The translations under genes and the position numbers were made by a program. Shown one piece after another: positions 39,966 to 50,152 of a DNA stretch of 64,000 nt; within the stretch, counting starts at the first letter, position 1; every line of letters begins with the position of its first letter. The notes below the pieces were generated by a model. It worked only from the letters and a program-made list of their open reading frames with translations, made no database searches and was not told the DNA's origin. Source of the stretch: Candidatus Cloacimonadota bacterium (GTDB lineage Bacteria > Cloacimonadota > Cloacimonadia > JGIOTU-2); contig JBNGBT010000002.1 of the NCBI GenBank assembly GCA_049903315.1, positions 96,001 to 160,000 on the forward strand, read 5' to 3'.

Positions 39966-39995
39966 CCCGTCTTCGCTCCGCTTCGCCGTGGCAGG
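39966..39995 (-). repeat. 30-bp small interspersed element, copy B
   Basis: Reverse complement CCTGCCACGGCGAAGCGGAGCGAAGACGGG. Confidence 0.7.
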
Positions 39996-40063
39996 CGCAA
40001 TAAATTAGAGGAAAGTAAATTAAAATTATATCTATTTTCTTTGATTGCTTAATGTGCTTTTCG

Positions 40064-40093
40064 CTTGTAGCGGCGTAATGTAATGAAGCCGTA
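40064..40093 (+). repeat. 30-bp small interspersed element, copy C
   Basis: CTTGTAGCGGCGTAATGTAATGAAGCCGTA. Confidence 0.7.
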
Positions 40094-40119
40094 TGGTTAA
40101 AAAAATATTTAGGAGATAT

Positions 40120-41646
40120 ATGAAAGAAATATTGGAAAAACTCGGCATCAAAGAAGTGAATCACGGTGCATATTGCGGAGAATGGCTCCATACTTCCGGT
40201 GAAGAAGTCACTGTCTATTCACCAATCGATGATTCTGTTCTGGCTAAAGTGAAAACTGCAACTGCAGCAGATTATGATATTGTTGCAAAAAAAGCACAGG
40301 AAGCTTTCAAAATTTGGAGAAATTTTCCTGCTCCAAAACGCGGAGAGATCGTACGTTTGTTAGGTCTCGAGCTGAGAAAATATAAGGACGAACTGGGTAG
40401 ACTCGTTACCATGGAAATGGGAAAGATCTACACTGAAGGTCTTGGTGAAGTGCAGGAAATGATCGACATGGCTGATCTGGCAGTTGGGATGTCACGCCAG
40501 CTTTACGGGGCGACAATTCAGTCCGAACGTCCTGAGCATAGAATGTTCGAACAGTACCATCCACTCGGTGTGATCGGTATTATTTCTGCATTCAACTTTC
40601 CTGTCGCAGTGTGGGCTTGGAACGCATTTGTAGCGGGAATTTGTGGCGATACAATGATCTGGAAACCTTCAACATCTACTCCGCTGACTGCAATTGCTGT
40701 AATGAATATTGTTCATAAGGTTTTGGAAACACAAGATGTGCCCAAAGCGATATTTAATCTTGTGATCGGACGCGGAAGCGAGATCGGTGAAAAGCTTATC
40801 AATGACAAAAATATTCCTCTTGTAAGCGCAACTGGAAGCTGCCAGATGGGCAAGCGAGTGTATCAGGCAGCAGCAAAAAGATATGGAAAAGTCATCCTCG
40901 AACTTGGTGGAAATAACGCAATTATTGTCATGGAAGATGCAAATATCGAACTAGCGCTCAAAGCTGTACTTTTCGGCGCAGTCGGCACTGCGGGTCAGCG
41001 TTGTACATCCACACGCAGAGTGCTTCTTCATGAAGAAGTCTTTGATGATTTTGTGAGTAAACTCGAGAAAGCATACGGTTCTGTTCCCATCGGAAATCCT
41101 CTGGATGAAGGTGTACTTATGGGACCACTTGTAGACCAGTCTGCAGTCAAAGCGTATAAGAATGCTCTAGAAAAAATCGAGGAACAGGGTGGTGAAATAA
41201 TATATGGCGGTGAAGTTCTTACCGAAGATGTACCCGGAAGCTGCTATGTGCTTCCCACAATTGCAGTCGCAAGAAATGATATGCAGATCGTACAGGATGA
41301 GACCTTTGCACCAATACTCTATCTCATAAAGATCAAGAATATCGACCAGGCAATTGAGATTCATAATGATGTGCCACAGGGACTTTCTTCTGCGATATTC
41401 ACCAATAATCTTCAGTATGCAGAGCAGTTCCTCAGCGATAGGGGCAGTGATTGCGGTATTGCGAATGTCAACATCGGAACAAGTGGTGCTGAGATCGGTG
41501 GTGCATTTGGCGGCGAAAAAGAAACCGGTGGCGGTCGTGAAGCAGGAAGTGATGCATGGAAAGCATATATGAGGCGTCAAACAAACACTGTAAACTGGGG
41601 TAAAACAATGCCTCTTGCACAAGGTGTCGAGTTTGATATTGACTAA
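40120..41646 (+). CDS. Aldehyde dehydrogenase family 7 (alpha-aminoadipic semialdehyde/P6C dehydrogenase-like)
   Basis: ISAFNFPVAVW, LELGGNNA, GTAGQRCT, GAEIGGAFGGEKETGGGRE; AGGAG RBS before ATG 40120. Confidence 0.92.
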   Translation: MKEILEKLGIKEVNHGAYCGEWLHTSGEEVTVYSPIDDSVLAKVKTATAADYDIVAKKAQEAFKIWRNFPAPKRGEIVRLLGLELRKYKDELGRLVTMEMGKIYTEGLGEVQEMIDMADLAVGMSRQLYGATIQSERPEHRMFEQYHPLGVIGIISAFNFPVAVWAWNAFVAGICGDTMIWKPSTSTPLTAIAVMNIVHKVLETQDVPKAIFNLVIGRGSEIGEKLINDKNIPLVSATGSCQMGKRVYQAAAKRYGKVILELGGNNAIIVMEDANIELALKAVLFGAVGTAGQRCTSTRRVLLHEEVFDDFVSKLEKAYGSVPIGNPLDEGVLMGPLVDQSAVKAYKNALEKIEEQGGEIIYGGEVLTEDVPGSCYVLPTIAVARNDMQIVQDETFAPILYLIKIKNIDQAIEIHNDVPQGLSSAIFTNNLQYAEQFLSDRGSDCGIANVNIGTSGAEIGGAFGGEKETGGGREAGSDAWKAYMRRQTNTVNWGKTMPLAQGVEFDID

Positions 41647-41747
41647 GAATTATCTTATGAAATAAAATTCTTGAAAGAAATATTAAAGTAATACAAAGTG
41701 GGGCATAAATAAAATGTCCCACTTTAATTTTATCGAAAAGGAGAAAA

Positions 41748-42059
41748 ATGGCTGATCAAAAACAACAGCAGATCAAGATCAATATTCCCAAGGAACATTC
41801 TGAGGGAATCTACTCAAATGTTGCATTTATGAATTTCAACCAGTCAGAATTTGTAGTAGATTTTGGAAGAATTTTGCCAGGCGTGCCGGAAGCAACAGTA
41901 TATTCCAGAGTAATACTATCTCCACAGCATGCAAAACGATTCATGCAACTGTTGGATAGAAATATTAAAAAATATGAAGAACAATTCGGTGAAGTCAAGT
42001 TGCCGGAGCAAGGTTCGAAACAGAATATTGGTTTTCAGCAGGCAACTATAAATAATTAA
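41748..42059 (+). CDS. DUF3467 family protein
   Basis: GIYSN..SEFVVDF..SRVILSPQHAKR..YEEQFG. Confidence 0.85.
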   Translation: MADQKQQQIKINIPKEHSEGIYSNVAFMNFNQSEFVVDFGRILPGVPEATVYSRVILSPQHAKRFMQLLDRNIKKYEEQFGEVKLPEQGSKQNIGFQQATINN

Positions 42060-42088
42060 ATTTTACAAAAACTCAACAAAGGAAGACT

Positions 42089-44683
42089 ATGAATAAATCA
42101 ATAATAGTTAGTGCGATTTTTTTATTCATTTTTTCAGCATTCAGCATACTTGGAGCAGCTACAATTCCACGTGCCGAATACATTAAATATCTCGAACTAT
42201 CATATCCGAGGATCATACAACAAACACCTGCAAGCAGATACTTTGCAATATATGGCGATAAAGAAAGCCCTGATTATAAAGATGTAAATCCAGTAGATGG
42301 GATTGATGACAGTCGGCTAAAACTTTTGCATAGATTAGGCGTCAAATTCGCTCCATACATGATTCTCAACACCATTCTCGTACCCATGGATTTGAGGAAA
42401 TTCATCCTCGAACCTCACCATCCACTGTATGTAGATACATGGGATATCTCCCTTGATAAAAGCAAGATCATCGATATGCAGACTGTAAATTTTAGCGAAA
42501 TGGGGAAGAGGTGTCCGCTATACGAACTTGCGGGTGAAGAAAGCGAGAGCGGCAAGATCACTCCTCCACTTGAGAATGATGATTGTAAATATCTTAACCT
42601 TCTTAATGAATTCGATCCATGTAATCCGAGTTCTATGCTGATAAATGATTCTCGTAGACCGGACTTTCTTAAGTACAAAGTTTTCTTTTTTGATTTCCCG
42701 GGTGAAGATGAAGAAACCTGGAAGGAAGAATTCAGCAATTCATTCACGCAGAGTCTTAAAAAAAGATATCTCTCTTATGTGACTGCGTTTGTGCATCCCT
42801 TCATCAGGCAGGTCCGTTCAAAGATGGATAATACTCTTCTTGGTTATGAGTTCATATTACAGTTTTGGTTTTTCTATCCGTATAATGATGGAGGGAATGA
42901 TCACGAAGGAGATTGGGAACGCATCAATATTGCGATCTCTCCGATGAACAAGGTCGAGCAGATGCTCGATGAGCAGGATGTAAGAAATATTTTGAAGGGC
43001 ATCGGTTTGCACGACCGACCGATTAATAGAGATAAGGTGGCGAGTGACGTATGGAATAAACAACTCGTCATCAAACGTGTGGAATACTTCTTTCATTATA
43101 ATGTGATGATGATGAATTATGCGGATCCAAATGCATATAAATCATTTGAGAGTTGGGAAAGGCAGGTGAAGAAACTCGAGTATGATAGAATGGGAGAAGA
43201 CTGGATCGATAAAAAGATACGTGAACGTGCGTATGTGAGTAAAGAAGAAAAAGAGATCAATACACATCCGGTTATATATATAGGTGGTGATGATAAAGGA
43301 AATGACCAGCTTCTCGCAAAGCCGGGTGGGAAGAACAGAGATTCTCATGGTTCTTATCCATTTACCGGTCTATATAAAGAGGTTGGGCCAGCAGGAGCAA
43401 CAGAGCTTATATCCCGAACATTTAATTATTCGGAATATCAAAATTCACTCGACTCTTTAGAAGTGGTCACTTCAAAAGGGATGCTGAAAAGGGGAAGTGT
43501 GGTTCCCATGAACAAGCCCGAAAGGATATGCATAGTTCCTGATTGGGAAACAGTGTATCCGCTTCTGAAAACAACACCTAATGTACGTAGAGATTGGGGA
43601 TGGCTTTTATTCCCGATCCATTGGGGATACCCTGCATCAAAATCACCATTTGCCGGAGTGGTTAAAAATGCTGATACAGGGAATATGTCTCCATTCACTC
43701 CCACTTATACAGTTGGATGGAATCAGGCAGGCAATAATTCCAGATATCATCTTTACTACCCTCATAAAATGAGTTCCTATTTTCCCGTGAGTCTGGAAGA
43801 CAGCTATATGAATGATCTTGGCTATCTTAATCTCACATTCCCGATGCTCTCCAATGTGCCGCCTTTTGATTTTCTGTGGAGGGTTGCTGCAGCTCCTTTC
43901 AGAGCTACTTTGAAAAAATCAATACCTACTTTTTATACCAAGGAAAAAATTCCTTTTAGATTTATTGGATTTACAGGTGGTGTTTCATATCAATTTTTAC
44001 CGGAAGAATATTTCGCGCTTATGTTTCATCCCGATCAATATTTTGATATATACAGCGATGTGATCGAGATCGATCCTGCACTTGATTCTGTTTCCACCAC
44101 GACTACTATTGATGTGAAGCCTGCAATTGCTCCTCGTATCGGGGTGAATTTTTACCTTGGAAAACACTTTGTGACGGAAAATACCATTCGTCATTCACGA
44201 AGTGAAATTGCCGTTGATATATCTTTGACAAATCGTCCCGAACCCTATAAGATACGTGCTGATCTGAATTTTTGGGAGTACGTCGGCAGCCTGAGATACA
44301 ATCTTACTGCCAGTGATTTCCAATTTTATCTCAAAGCTGGTTATGGAATCAGTTTTTATCGGGTTGAAAACATCACAGGTGACGGTGAAAAAATTGAGCA
44401 TCCTGATACACCCTGGGCTCGAAGACCTACCTGGCATAAATTGTATAATCTCATTCCAAATACATGGCATTTCGGATATGGCATAGAATTTGTCCCTTTC
44501 AAAAATTACGGATCATTTCCCAAATCATTAGATGTCGGGATCCGACTTGAGTGGCTCTGGTTCAATAACAAACTTGGTTTAGATTTTGGTGATATACTTC
44601 AGTTTGGAGATTTTAAACTCGGGCTGGATGATATTACGGTCACACGCTCTGCAATAAATCTTTTGCTTACGATAAGCTTTTAG
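42089..44683 (+). CDS. Exported protein: Vps62-like domain plus C-terminal outer-membrane beta-barrel
   Basis: Signal peptide; QFWFFYPYND..HEGDWE, HPVIY..HGSYP; C-terminal amphipathic strands ending LLLTISF. Confidence 0.6.
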   Translation: MNKSIIVSAIFLFIFSAFSILGAATIPRAEYIKYLELSYPRIIQQTPASRYFAIYGDKESPDYKDVNPVDGIDDSRLKLLHRLGVKFAPYMILNTILVPMDLRKFILEPHHPLYVDTWDISLDKSKIIDMQTVNFSEMGKRCPLYELAGEESESGKITPPLENDDCKYLNLLNEFDPCNPSSMLINDSRRPDFLKYKVFFFDFPGEDEETWKEEFSNSFTQSLKKRYLSYVTAFVHPFIRQVRSKMDNTLLGYEFILQFWFFYPYNDGGNDHEGDWERINIAISPMNKVEQMLDEQDVRNILKGIGLHDRPINRDKVASDVWNKQLVIKRVEYFFHYNVMMMNYADPNAYKSFESWERQVKKLEYDRMGEDWIDKKIRERAYVSKEEKEINTHPVIYIGGDDKGNDQLLAKPGGKNRDSHGSYPFTGLYKEVGPAGATELISRTFNYSEYQNSLDSLEVVTSKGMLKRGSVVPMNKPERICIVPDWETVYPLLKTTPNVRRDWGWLLFPIHWGYPASKSPFAGVVKNADTGNMSPFTPTYTVGWNQAGNNSRYHLYYPHKMSSYFPVSLEDSYMNDLGYLNLTFPMLSNVPPFDFLWRVAAAPFRATLKKSIPTFYTKEKIPFRFIGFTGGVSYQFLPEEYFALMFHPDQYFDIYSDVIEIDPALDSVSTTTTIDVKPAIAPRIGVNFYLGKHFVTENTIRHSRSEIAVDISLTNRPEPYKIRADLNFWEYVGSLRYNLTASDFQFYLKAGYGISFYRVENITGDGEKIEHPDTPWARRPTWHKLYNLIPNTWHFGYGIEFVPFKNYGSFPKSLDVGIRLEWLWFNNKLGLDFGDILQFGDFKLGLDDITVTRSAINLLLTISF

Positions 44684-44706
44684 TTTATTAATCTCTGGAG
44701 TAAATA

Positions 44707-46650
44707 TTGAATAAATCACCTCTCACTATTTTTCTATGCTGTTTTGCATTTCTCAGTATATTTGGCATTCTTTCAGCTGTAGATCACAATGATTTTATTC
44801 TTGAACTTCAATCCGGTGATATTCTTCATGTCGGGGATTCGTGCTGGATTGTACCTCATGATACGACATTTGTGATTTCAGACTCCATACCTTTTTATGT
44901 TGAAAAAGATGAAGCATGGACAGATGATTTTTATACGACAATGAGGGATGAAGCTGATAAATCAGATTTTACAAAGCAGATTTTTAACCTTGCTTTTAAA
45001 AAAAGCAAAGGAGACATAAACAAGCTCTACCAACTTGAAAAAAGCGAGTTTCAATTTCTTCGGTATAAAGATAAAATAATCCGAAATATCTACATAGAAA
45101 ACATACCTATTTTTCAGCAGTCTCCTACCAATATTAAGATCGTGCAATGGGCACAGAGAACTGCTGATAAGATGCATGTCGATACGAAAAAAAGGGTTAT
45201 CAGAAATATTCTCTTATTCAAGGAAGGAGATAATCTCAATCCTGCAGTACTTGCAGAGAATGAAAAAATTTTGTATGATCTTCCATTTATAAATGAGGTT
45301 TATTTTCAAGTATACAATTGCTATAATAAACCGGAATATGTCGATGTTGTTGTTTTGACGAAAGATAAGTTTCCTGTCGGAGGTAATCCGGGCATTTCTT
45401 CCTTTCATTCTTTTGATCTTGAGATCTATGACCTGAATATCGTTGGACTGGGGCATAAAGCAAGTACAACTATTGCCTATGATGGAGAAAGGAACGCAAA
45501 GGTGTATCTTCAGGATGCGCTATATAAGATATATCATATAGGGAATACATTCATTTCGGGAGAATTATTTTATTCACATCCCGAGCATGAAGAGCGATAC
45601 GGTTTTGTGTTTAATAGAAATTATATTCCTCCTGAAATAAATATTGCGGGAGGAGTAGGTTTGAAGAGAGTCAACACCTATTATTACCATAGTCCCGACG
45701 ACAGCACTTTGATGGAATATCCACTTGAATACGTAAAAGGTGATTTCTGTATCGGGGTGGCAGAGCCGCTTAAGGTATTCAGTCCCTCAAAAGCAGAATA
45801 TCTCGTTGAACTCATTCGAATTACTCATTATGATTACTACAAGTATCCTTTGTTAGGATCGATGTTCGACGACAGATCTGTGGTTTTATTTTCTCTCGAT
45901 CATCTCAGGAGTAAGTTTTATAAAAGTAATCTGATCTATGATTTTGGTGAGATCGAATATATTCCTTATGGACATTTGCTCGAGATACTTGGCGGTGTAG
46001 AATATCCCGAAATGTATGATAAAAGATATTATGCGGGAATTCGGTTTTCTCAGGGTAATTTTATTTTTAAGAGAGCACTCTACTATTATTTAGAAGCAGG
46101 GCTTGGAAGTTATTTTAATAAACTCTTTCTTCAGGACTTTGATGAAGGAGTATTATCTCTGAGTGCTCATTTTTTCACAAGGCATTATAAAATTGGAAAT
46201 TATGGGGTAAGAAATTTTGTTGAATTCGATTATATGAAGGGATTGAATCAACCCGATTATTTATATCTCGATTTTCATAATATGGAAAATGTGAGAGGAT
46301 TTAATGACACCAAAGCTCGTGGACAGCAGCGGTTGGTAATAAATTTTGAGAGTGTGACATATACGCCGTGGGATCTTATTGGATTTCGTTTTGCATTATT
46401 TGGATTCTTCGACATCGGTTTTATCGGCGATGCACACAGTAAGATATTGCATGATAAAACATATACTGCAATTGGTGCAGGTGTGCGTATGAGAAATGAT
46501 GATCTTGTGTTCAAGACAGTGCAGCTGAAGTTAACCTATTATCCTGATCTTGATGGAAGAAAGAAAATTTCTCTCGCACTTTCAGGGAAACCGGATTTGA
46601 ATCTTCCGGGCTTCGGTGTAAAACCTCCGGAGATCATTGAATTTAAGTAG
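44707..46650 (+). CDS. Omp85/BamA-TamA-like outer membrane protein
   Basis: Signal peptide; POTRA-like IRNILLFKEGD..ENEKILYDLPF; VRGF motif; FFDIG..GAGVR C-terminal strands; TTG start with GGAG. Confidence 0.7.
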   Translation: MNKSPLTIFLCCFAFLSIFGILSAVDHNDFILELQSGDILHVGDSCWIVPHDTTFVISDSIPFYVEKDEAWTDDFYTTMRDEADKSDFTKQIFNLAFKKSKGDINKLYQLEKSEFQFLRYKDKIIRNIYIENIPIFQQSPTNIKIVQWAQRTADKMHVDTKKRVIRNILLFKEGDNLNPAVLAENEKILYDLPFINEVYFQVYNCYNKPEYVDVVVLTKDKFPVGGNPGISSFHSFDLEIYDLNIVGLGHKASTTIAYDGERNAKVYLQDALYKIYHIGNTFISGELFYSHPEHEERYGFVFNRNYIPPEINIAGGVGLKRVNTYYYHSPDDSTLMEYPLEYVKGDFCIGVAEPLKVFSPSKAEYLVELIRITHYDYYKYPLLGSMFDDRSVVLFSLDHLRSKFYKSNLIYDFGEIEYIPYGHLLEILGGVEYPEMYDKRYYAGIRFSQGNFIFKRALYYYLEAGLGSYFNKLFLQDFDEGVLSLSAHFFTRHYKIGNYGVRNFVEFDYMKGLNQPDYLYLDFHNMENVRGFNDTKARGQQRLVINFESVTYTPWDLIGFRFALFGFFDIGFIGDAHSKILHDKTYTAIGAGVRMRNDDLVFKTVQLKLTYYPDLDGRKKISLALSGKPDLNLPGFGVKPPEIIEFK

Positions 46651-46796
46651 TTAGATTTTATGATGGTCTGTAATTATTCGTTACTTGGTTTAATATTTGA
46701 CATAATATAAAGAAATTAATTTTATACCACAGCGGTTCATTGAACCCGAGAAAATCTCAAATATAATATAGATAGTAATGAACGGAGGTCTTGTCT

Positions 46797-47903
46797 ATGT
46801 TGTACAAAAAAAAAGCAGTGGTGTTGATTTTACTGATTTCTACAATTATAAGTTGTACATTTCTTACAGCAGATCCATTAACGAAAGACACACAGGAAAT
46901 GCTCTTTATCGGTTCGAGCTATTTTAACTATCATAATCTCAGGGGATTAGTACAAAATCTTGCTGACAGTGCAGGGATAGATGTCAACTTTGATATTTAT
47001 GCTGTAAACGGGTTGTATCTTTACGACCATGCCTACAATAATATCACTCAAGCAAAAATTAATGAGAAGGATTGGGATTATGTAATTTTGCAGGGCTGCG
47101 GAAGCGTGACAGCTTATCCTGATTATTATACTGCTTATCCAGTCTATTCAGCCCTTATTATACTACGTAATAAAATACACATAAATTGTGCTTCAACCAA
47201 AATGGTTTTCTGCATGCCGTGGGCTTTTGAAGATGGGATGACGTGGGTGCCGGGATGGACGGACACGTATGCAGATATGCAGTATCATATTTATGTGAAT
47301 ACTCTGAAATATTCCAATGAAATCGGATTTGAAATCGCACCTGTAGGATGGTCATGGAACACGGTACTTTACGAGCAGAATTATCCTCTTCATTATCTGC
47401 ATATGAGCGACTGGAATCACCCTTCACTCAGGGGTTCGTATCTTATGGCGTGTACTGTTTTTTCTACAGTTTTTCAGGATAGTTGTATTGGTATAAATTA
47501 TAATCCGGGAATAACTGAGGATGAGGTTACCTACTACCAGACTGTTGGCTCACATATGGTTCTGGATAGTCTCGATCTTTGGAATATTAGTCCCAATTAT
47601 CCGGTTAATGAAAATATCACTCCGCATGAATGTGCTCTCAAACAAAATCATCCAAATCCGTTTGTGCACAATACCCAAATAACTTTCAATCTACATCATG
47701 CAGCTTCTGTAAAACTGAATATTTATAATCTCAAAGGACAACTTGTAAGATCTCTTTTTTCAGGATTTGCATCATCGAAAAATTTAGATTGGAACGGCAA
47801 GGATGAAAGCGAAAATGAGCTTACTGCGGGTGTATATTTGTATAAATTATTCGTTGATGGAAAAATAACTGAGACGAAAAAGCTCATATTGTTGAGTAAG
47901 TAA
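46797..47903 (+). CDS. Secreted SGNH-hydrolase-like protein with FlgD-Ig/T9SS-like CTD
   Basis: LFIGSSY (block I), WDYVILQ, DWNHP (DxxH); QNHPNPF..TKKLILLSK; GGAGG RBS. Confidence 0.75.
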   Translation: MLYKKKAVVLILLISTIISCTFLTADPLTKDTQEMLFIGSSYFNYHNLRGLVQNLADSAGIDVNFDIYAVNGLYLYDHAYNNITQAKINEKDWDYVILQGCGSVTAYPDYYTAYPVYSALIILRNKIHINCASTKMVFCMPWAFEDGMTWVPGWTDTYADMQYHIYVNTLKYSNEIGFEIAPVGWSWNTVLYEQNYPLHYLHMSDWNHPSLRGSYLMACTVFSTVFQDSCIGINYNPGITEDEVTYYQTVGSHMVLDSLDLWNISPNYPVNENITPHECALKQNHPNPFVHNTQITFNLHHAASVKLNIYNLKGQLVRSLFSGFASSKNLDWNGKDESENELTAGVYLYKLFVDGKITETKKLILLSK

Positions 47904-47914
47904 AAAGCAAAATT

Positions 47915-48799
47915 ATGGAAAGCAAGACACCCAGGAGCACATTGATAGAAAAAGGCATTCATGCCGGTGAAATAGACATGTATCATGAAAACGCTATCTG
48001 GGTCCAGAACAGCAGCGACAAGGTTGATATCGCTCAAGAATTGATGCGTGTCGTAAGAGAGTTATTCAGAACAGTTTCCCTTGATCGAAAACTGAGAGCT
48101 CTTTCAATCGGATCGGGCTCTGAGCCGCAGTTTCAAATACTTGAGTCAGCATTCAGAGGAGAGCTCTATCTTCTTGATATAGAAAGTGTTCCCCTGGCAG
48201 TCATAAAGGAGCGTGTAAAGAGCCACTGGATTGACCACGTAACCACTGTTCTCGCTGACTACAATAAAACACTTGTACATCATGCCGATGCACAGCGATT
48301 CCTCAATGAAGTACTCGGAGGGAGCACGCTTGATCTTGTTGTTCTTCATCATTCACTCTATTACTCCAGCCAATCTGACTGGACTGAATTGTTTAACAGT
48401 CTCTACAATATCATTCTTGCGAGAAAAGGTGCTATCCATGCGGTTATGATGTCTTCGAGCTGCGAAGAAAAGGATTCCACGACATGGCTCTACAATCACT
48501 TTGCAGGGAAGTTCTTTGGATGCCGCAATGACCAGGATCTCAAAGCTTTTGGAAAAGGGCTTCATGGAATTAAGAATTTCACTAAAGCAGAGATACAACA
48601 GATGACACACAGGGTGAAATTCTATATTGATGATTTTGAAAAATACATGGCCGTGATCTGGATGATACTTCTCTATCCGAATGTGCACGATTATTCCTAT
48701 AATCAAAAAAAAGAGATTACCGAGTATGTTTATGAAAATTTTTATAAGCTCCAAAAACCTCTTATTCAGATGCAGGATCATCTTATCTTAAGCAGGTGA
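47915..48799 (+). CDS. Class I SAM-dependent methyltransferase-like protein
   Basis: ALSIGSGS motif I, LLD acidic end of strand 2, DLVVLHHSLYY. Confidence 0.65.
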   Translation: MESKTPRSTLIEKGIHAGEIDMYHENAIWVQNSSDKVDIAQELMRVVRELFRTVSLDRKLRALSIGSGSEPQFQILESAFRGELYLLDIESVPLAVIKERVKSHWIDHVTTVLADYNKTLVHHADAQRFLNEVLGGSTLDLVVLHHSLYYSSQSDWTELFNSLYNIILARKGAIHAVMMSSSCEEKDSTTWLYNHFAGKFFGCRNDQDLKAFGKGLHGIKNFTKAEIQQMTHRVKFYIDDFEKYMAVIWMILLYPNVHDYSYNQKKEITEYVYENFYKLQKPLIQMQDHLILSR

Positions 48800-48871
48800 T
48801 GAGTACACAATCTCAAAAAAATTCAAGGTTTATTACATTTAAATATTCTGATTTATCGTAATTATTAAGAC

Positions 48872-48910
48872 TGCCGAATAAAATAAACAAATTGCGGAAT
48901 TAATTCAACA
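48872..48910. promoter_or_regulatory. Tandem 18-bp dyad sites (putative bEBP binding), pair 1
   Basis: TGCCGAATAAAATAAACA (48872) and TGCGGAATTAATTCAACA (48893), starts 21 bp apart, directly before TTGACA at 48914. Confidence 0.65.
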
Positions 48911-49018
48911 ATCTTGACAAACTTAGATCCAGAATAATAAAAAAAATTGATAATAGTTGAAATGCTACAGAGATAAATTTATATTAAGAAAAAAGCTCAA
49001 AAGAATTGGGGTTTTGCC

Positions 49019-50140
49019 ATGAAATCAATTTTAATAGTAGAGGATGAAAAAGTAATCGCTGCGAGCATAAAAAATATACTACGCCATCTCGGTTACAAAG
49101 ACAATTACATTGCAGCATCCGGGTCGAAAGCAATAAAGATTATTGAAGAAAAACATCCTGATTTGGTTTTAGCAGATATTGTTTTAGAAGGAGAAATTAA
49201 CGGCATCGAGTTAGCAAAACAAGTAAAATCGGAGTACAGGTTACCGGTAATATTTCTCACTTCTTATTCGGATGAAAAAACGGTAAGTGACGCAAAGCTA
49301 AGTGAACCATATGGATTTATAACCAAACCATTTAAAATTGAAGAACTGAAAATTACGCTTGAAATTGCTTTCCATAAATTTAAAATGGAAAGGAGGCTTA
49401 TAGAAAGTGAAGAAGAATTACGTAAAGCGTATGTGCTGCTTGAAGAAACACAGCAGGAATTGATCCAGAGTAAAACATTGGCAAATCTTGGAGAATTTGC
49501 AGCAGGTATTGCTCACGAGATAAGAAATCCACTTGCGAATATATCAGCTTTAGCCCAATACAGTATGAAGAAATTTGATCTCGAAAAGAAAATGATAAAA
49601 AATCTCGAAGCGATCATGAAAAGTTCTCAAAGAGCAAATAATATAATCAAAGAACTTCTCGATTTTGCCAAACCTCATACTCTAGAATTTGAATATGTAT
49701 GTATAGCGGATGTAATAAATAAAGTTTGTGACCTTACTGAAGCAAAACGCTTGAATCATCAAGTGGAATGTAACAAGAGATGTTCGGCAAATTTACCTAA
49801 GATCATGGTTGATGAAAAATTACTCGAGCAAGCGCTGATCAACATAATTATGAACTCATTAGATGCGATGCCTAAAGGCGGACGTCTTACTGTTACTGCT
49901 CTTCAGAACGAGGATTTCATTGTCATAAAAATATCCGATACAGGTAAAGGAATAGCCCAGAAAGATATCGACAAGATATTCAATCCATTCTTCACTCTCA
50001 AGCAAGATGGGGTAGGTTTGGGGCTTTCTGTAACTCATCGAATCATACAATCCCATAGAGGTAAGATTGAAGTTGAAAGCATTTATAACAAAGGGACAAA
50101 ATTTACTATCAAACTCCCGATCGTTCATAAAGAGAAATGA
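49019..50140 (+). CDS. Hybrid receiver-histidine kinase (REC-HisKA-HATPase), no sensor domain
   Basis: ILIVEDE..D..KPF; AHEIRNPL H-box; N, G1 (DTGKG), F and G2 (GVGLGL) boxes. Confidence 0.92.
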   Translation: MKSILIVEDEKVIAASIKNILRHLGYKDNYIAASGSKAIKIIEEKHPDLVLADIVLEGEINGIELAKQVKSEYRLPVIFLTSYSDEKTVSDAKLSEPYGFITKPFKIEELKITLEIAFHKFKMERRLIESEEELRKAYVLLEETQQELIQSKTLANLGEFAAGIAHEIRNPLANISALAQYSMKKFDLEKKMIKNLEAIMKSSQRANNIIKELLDFAKPHTLEFEYVCIADVINKVCDLTEAKRLNHQVECNKRCSANLPKIMVDEKLLEQALINIIMNSLDAMPKGGRLTVTALQNEDFIVIKISDTGKGIAQKDIDKIFNPFFTLKQDGVGLGLSVTHRIIQSHRGKIEVESIYNKGTKFTIKLPIVHKEK

Positions 50141-50152
50141 GGAGAATCATAA

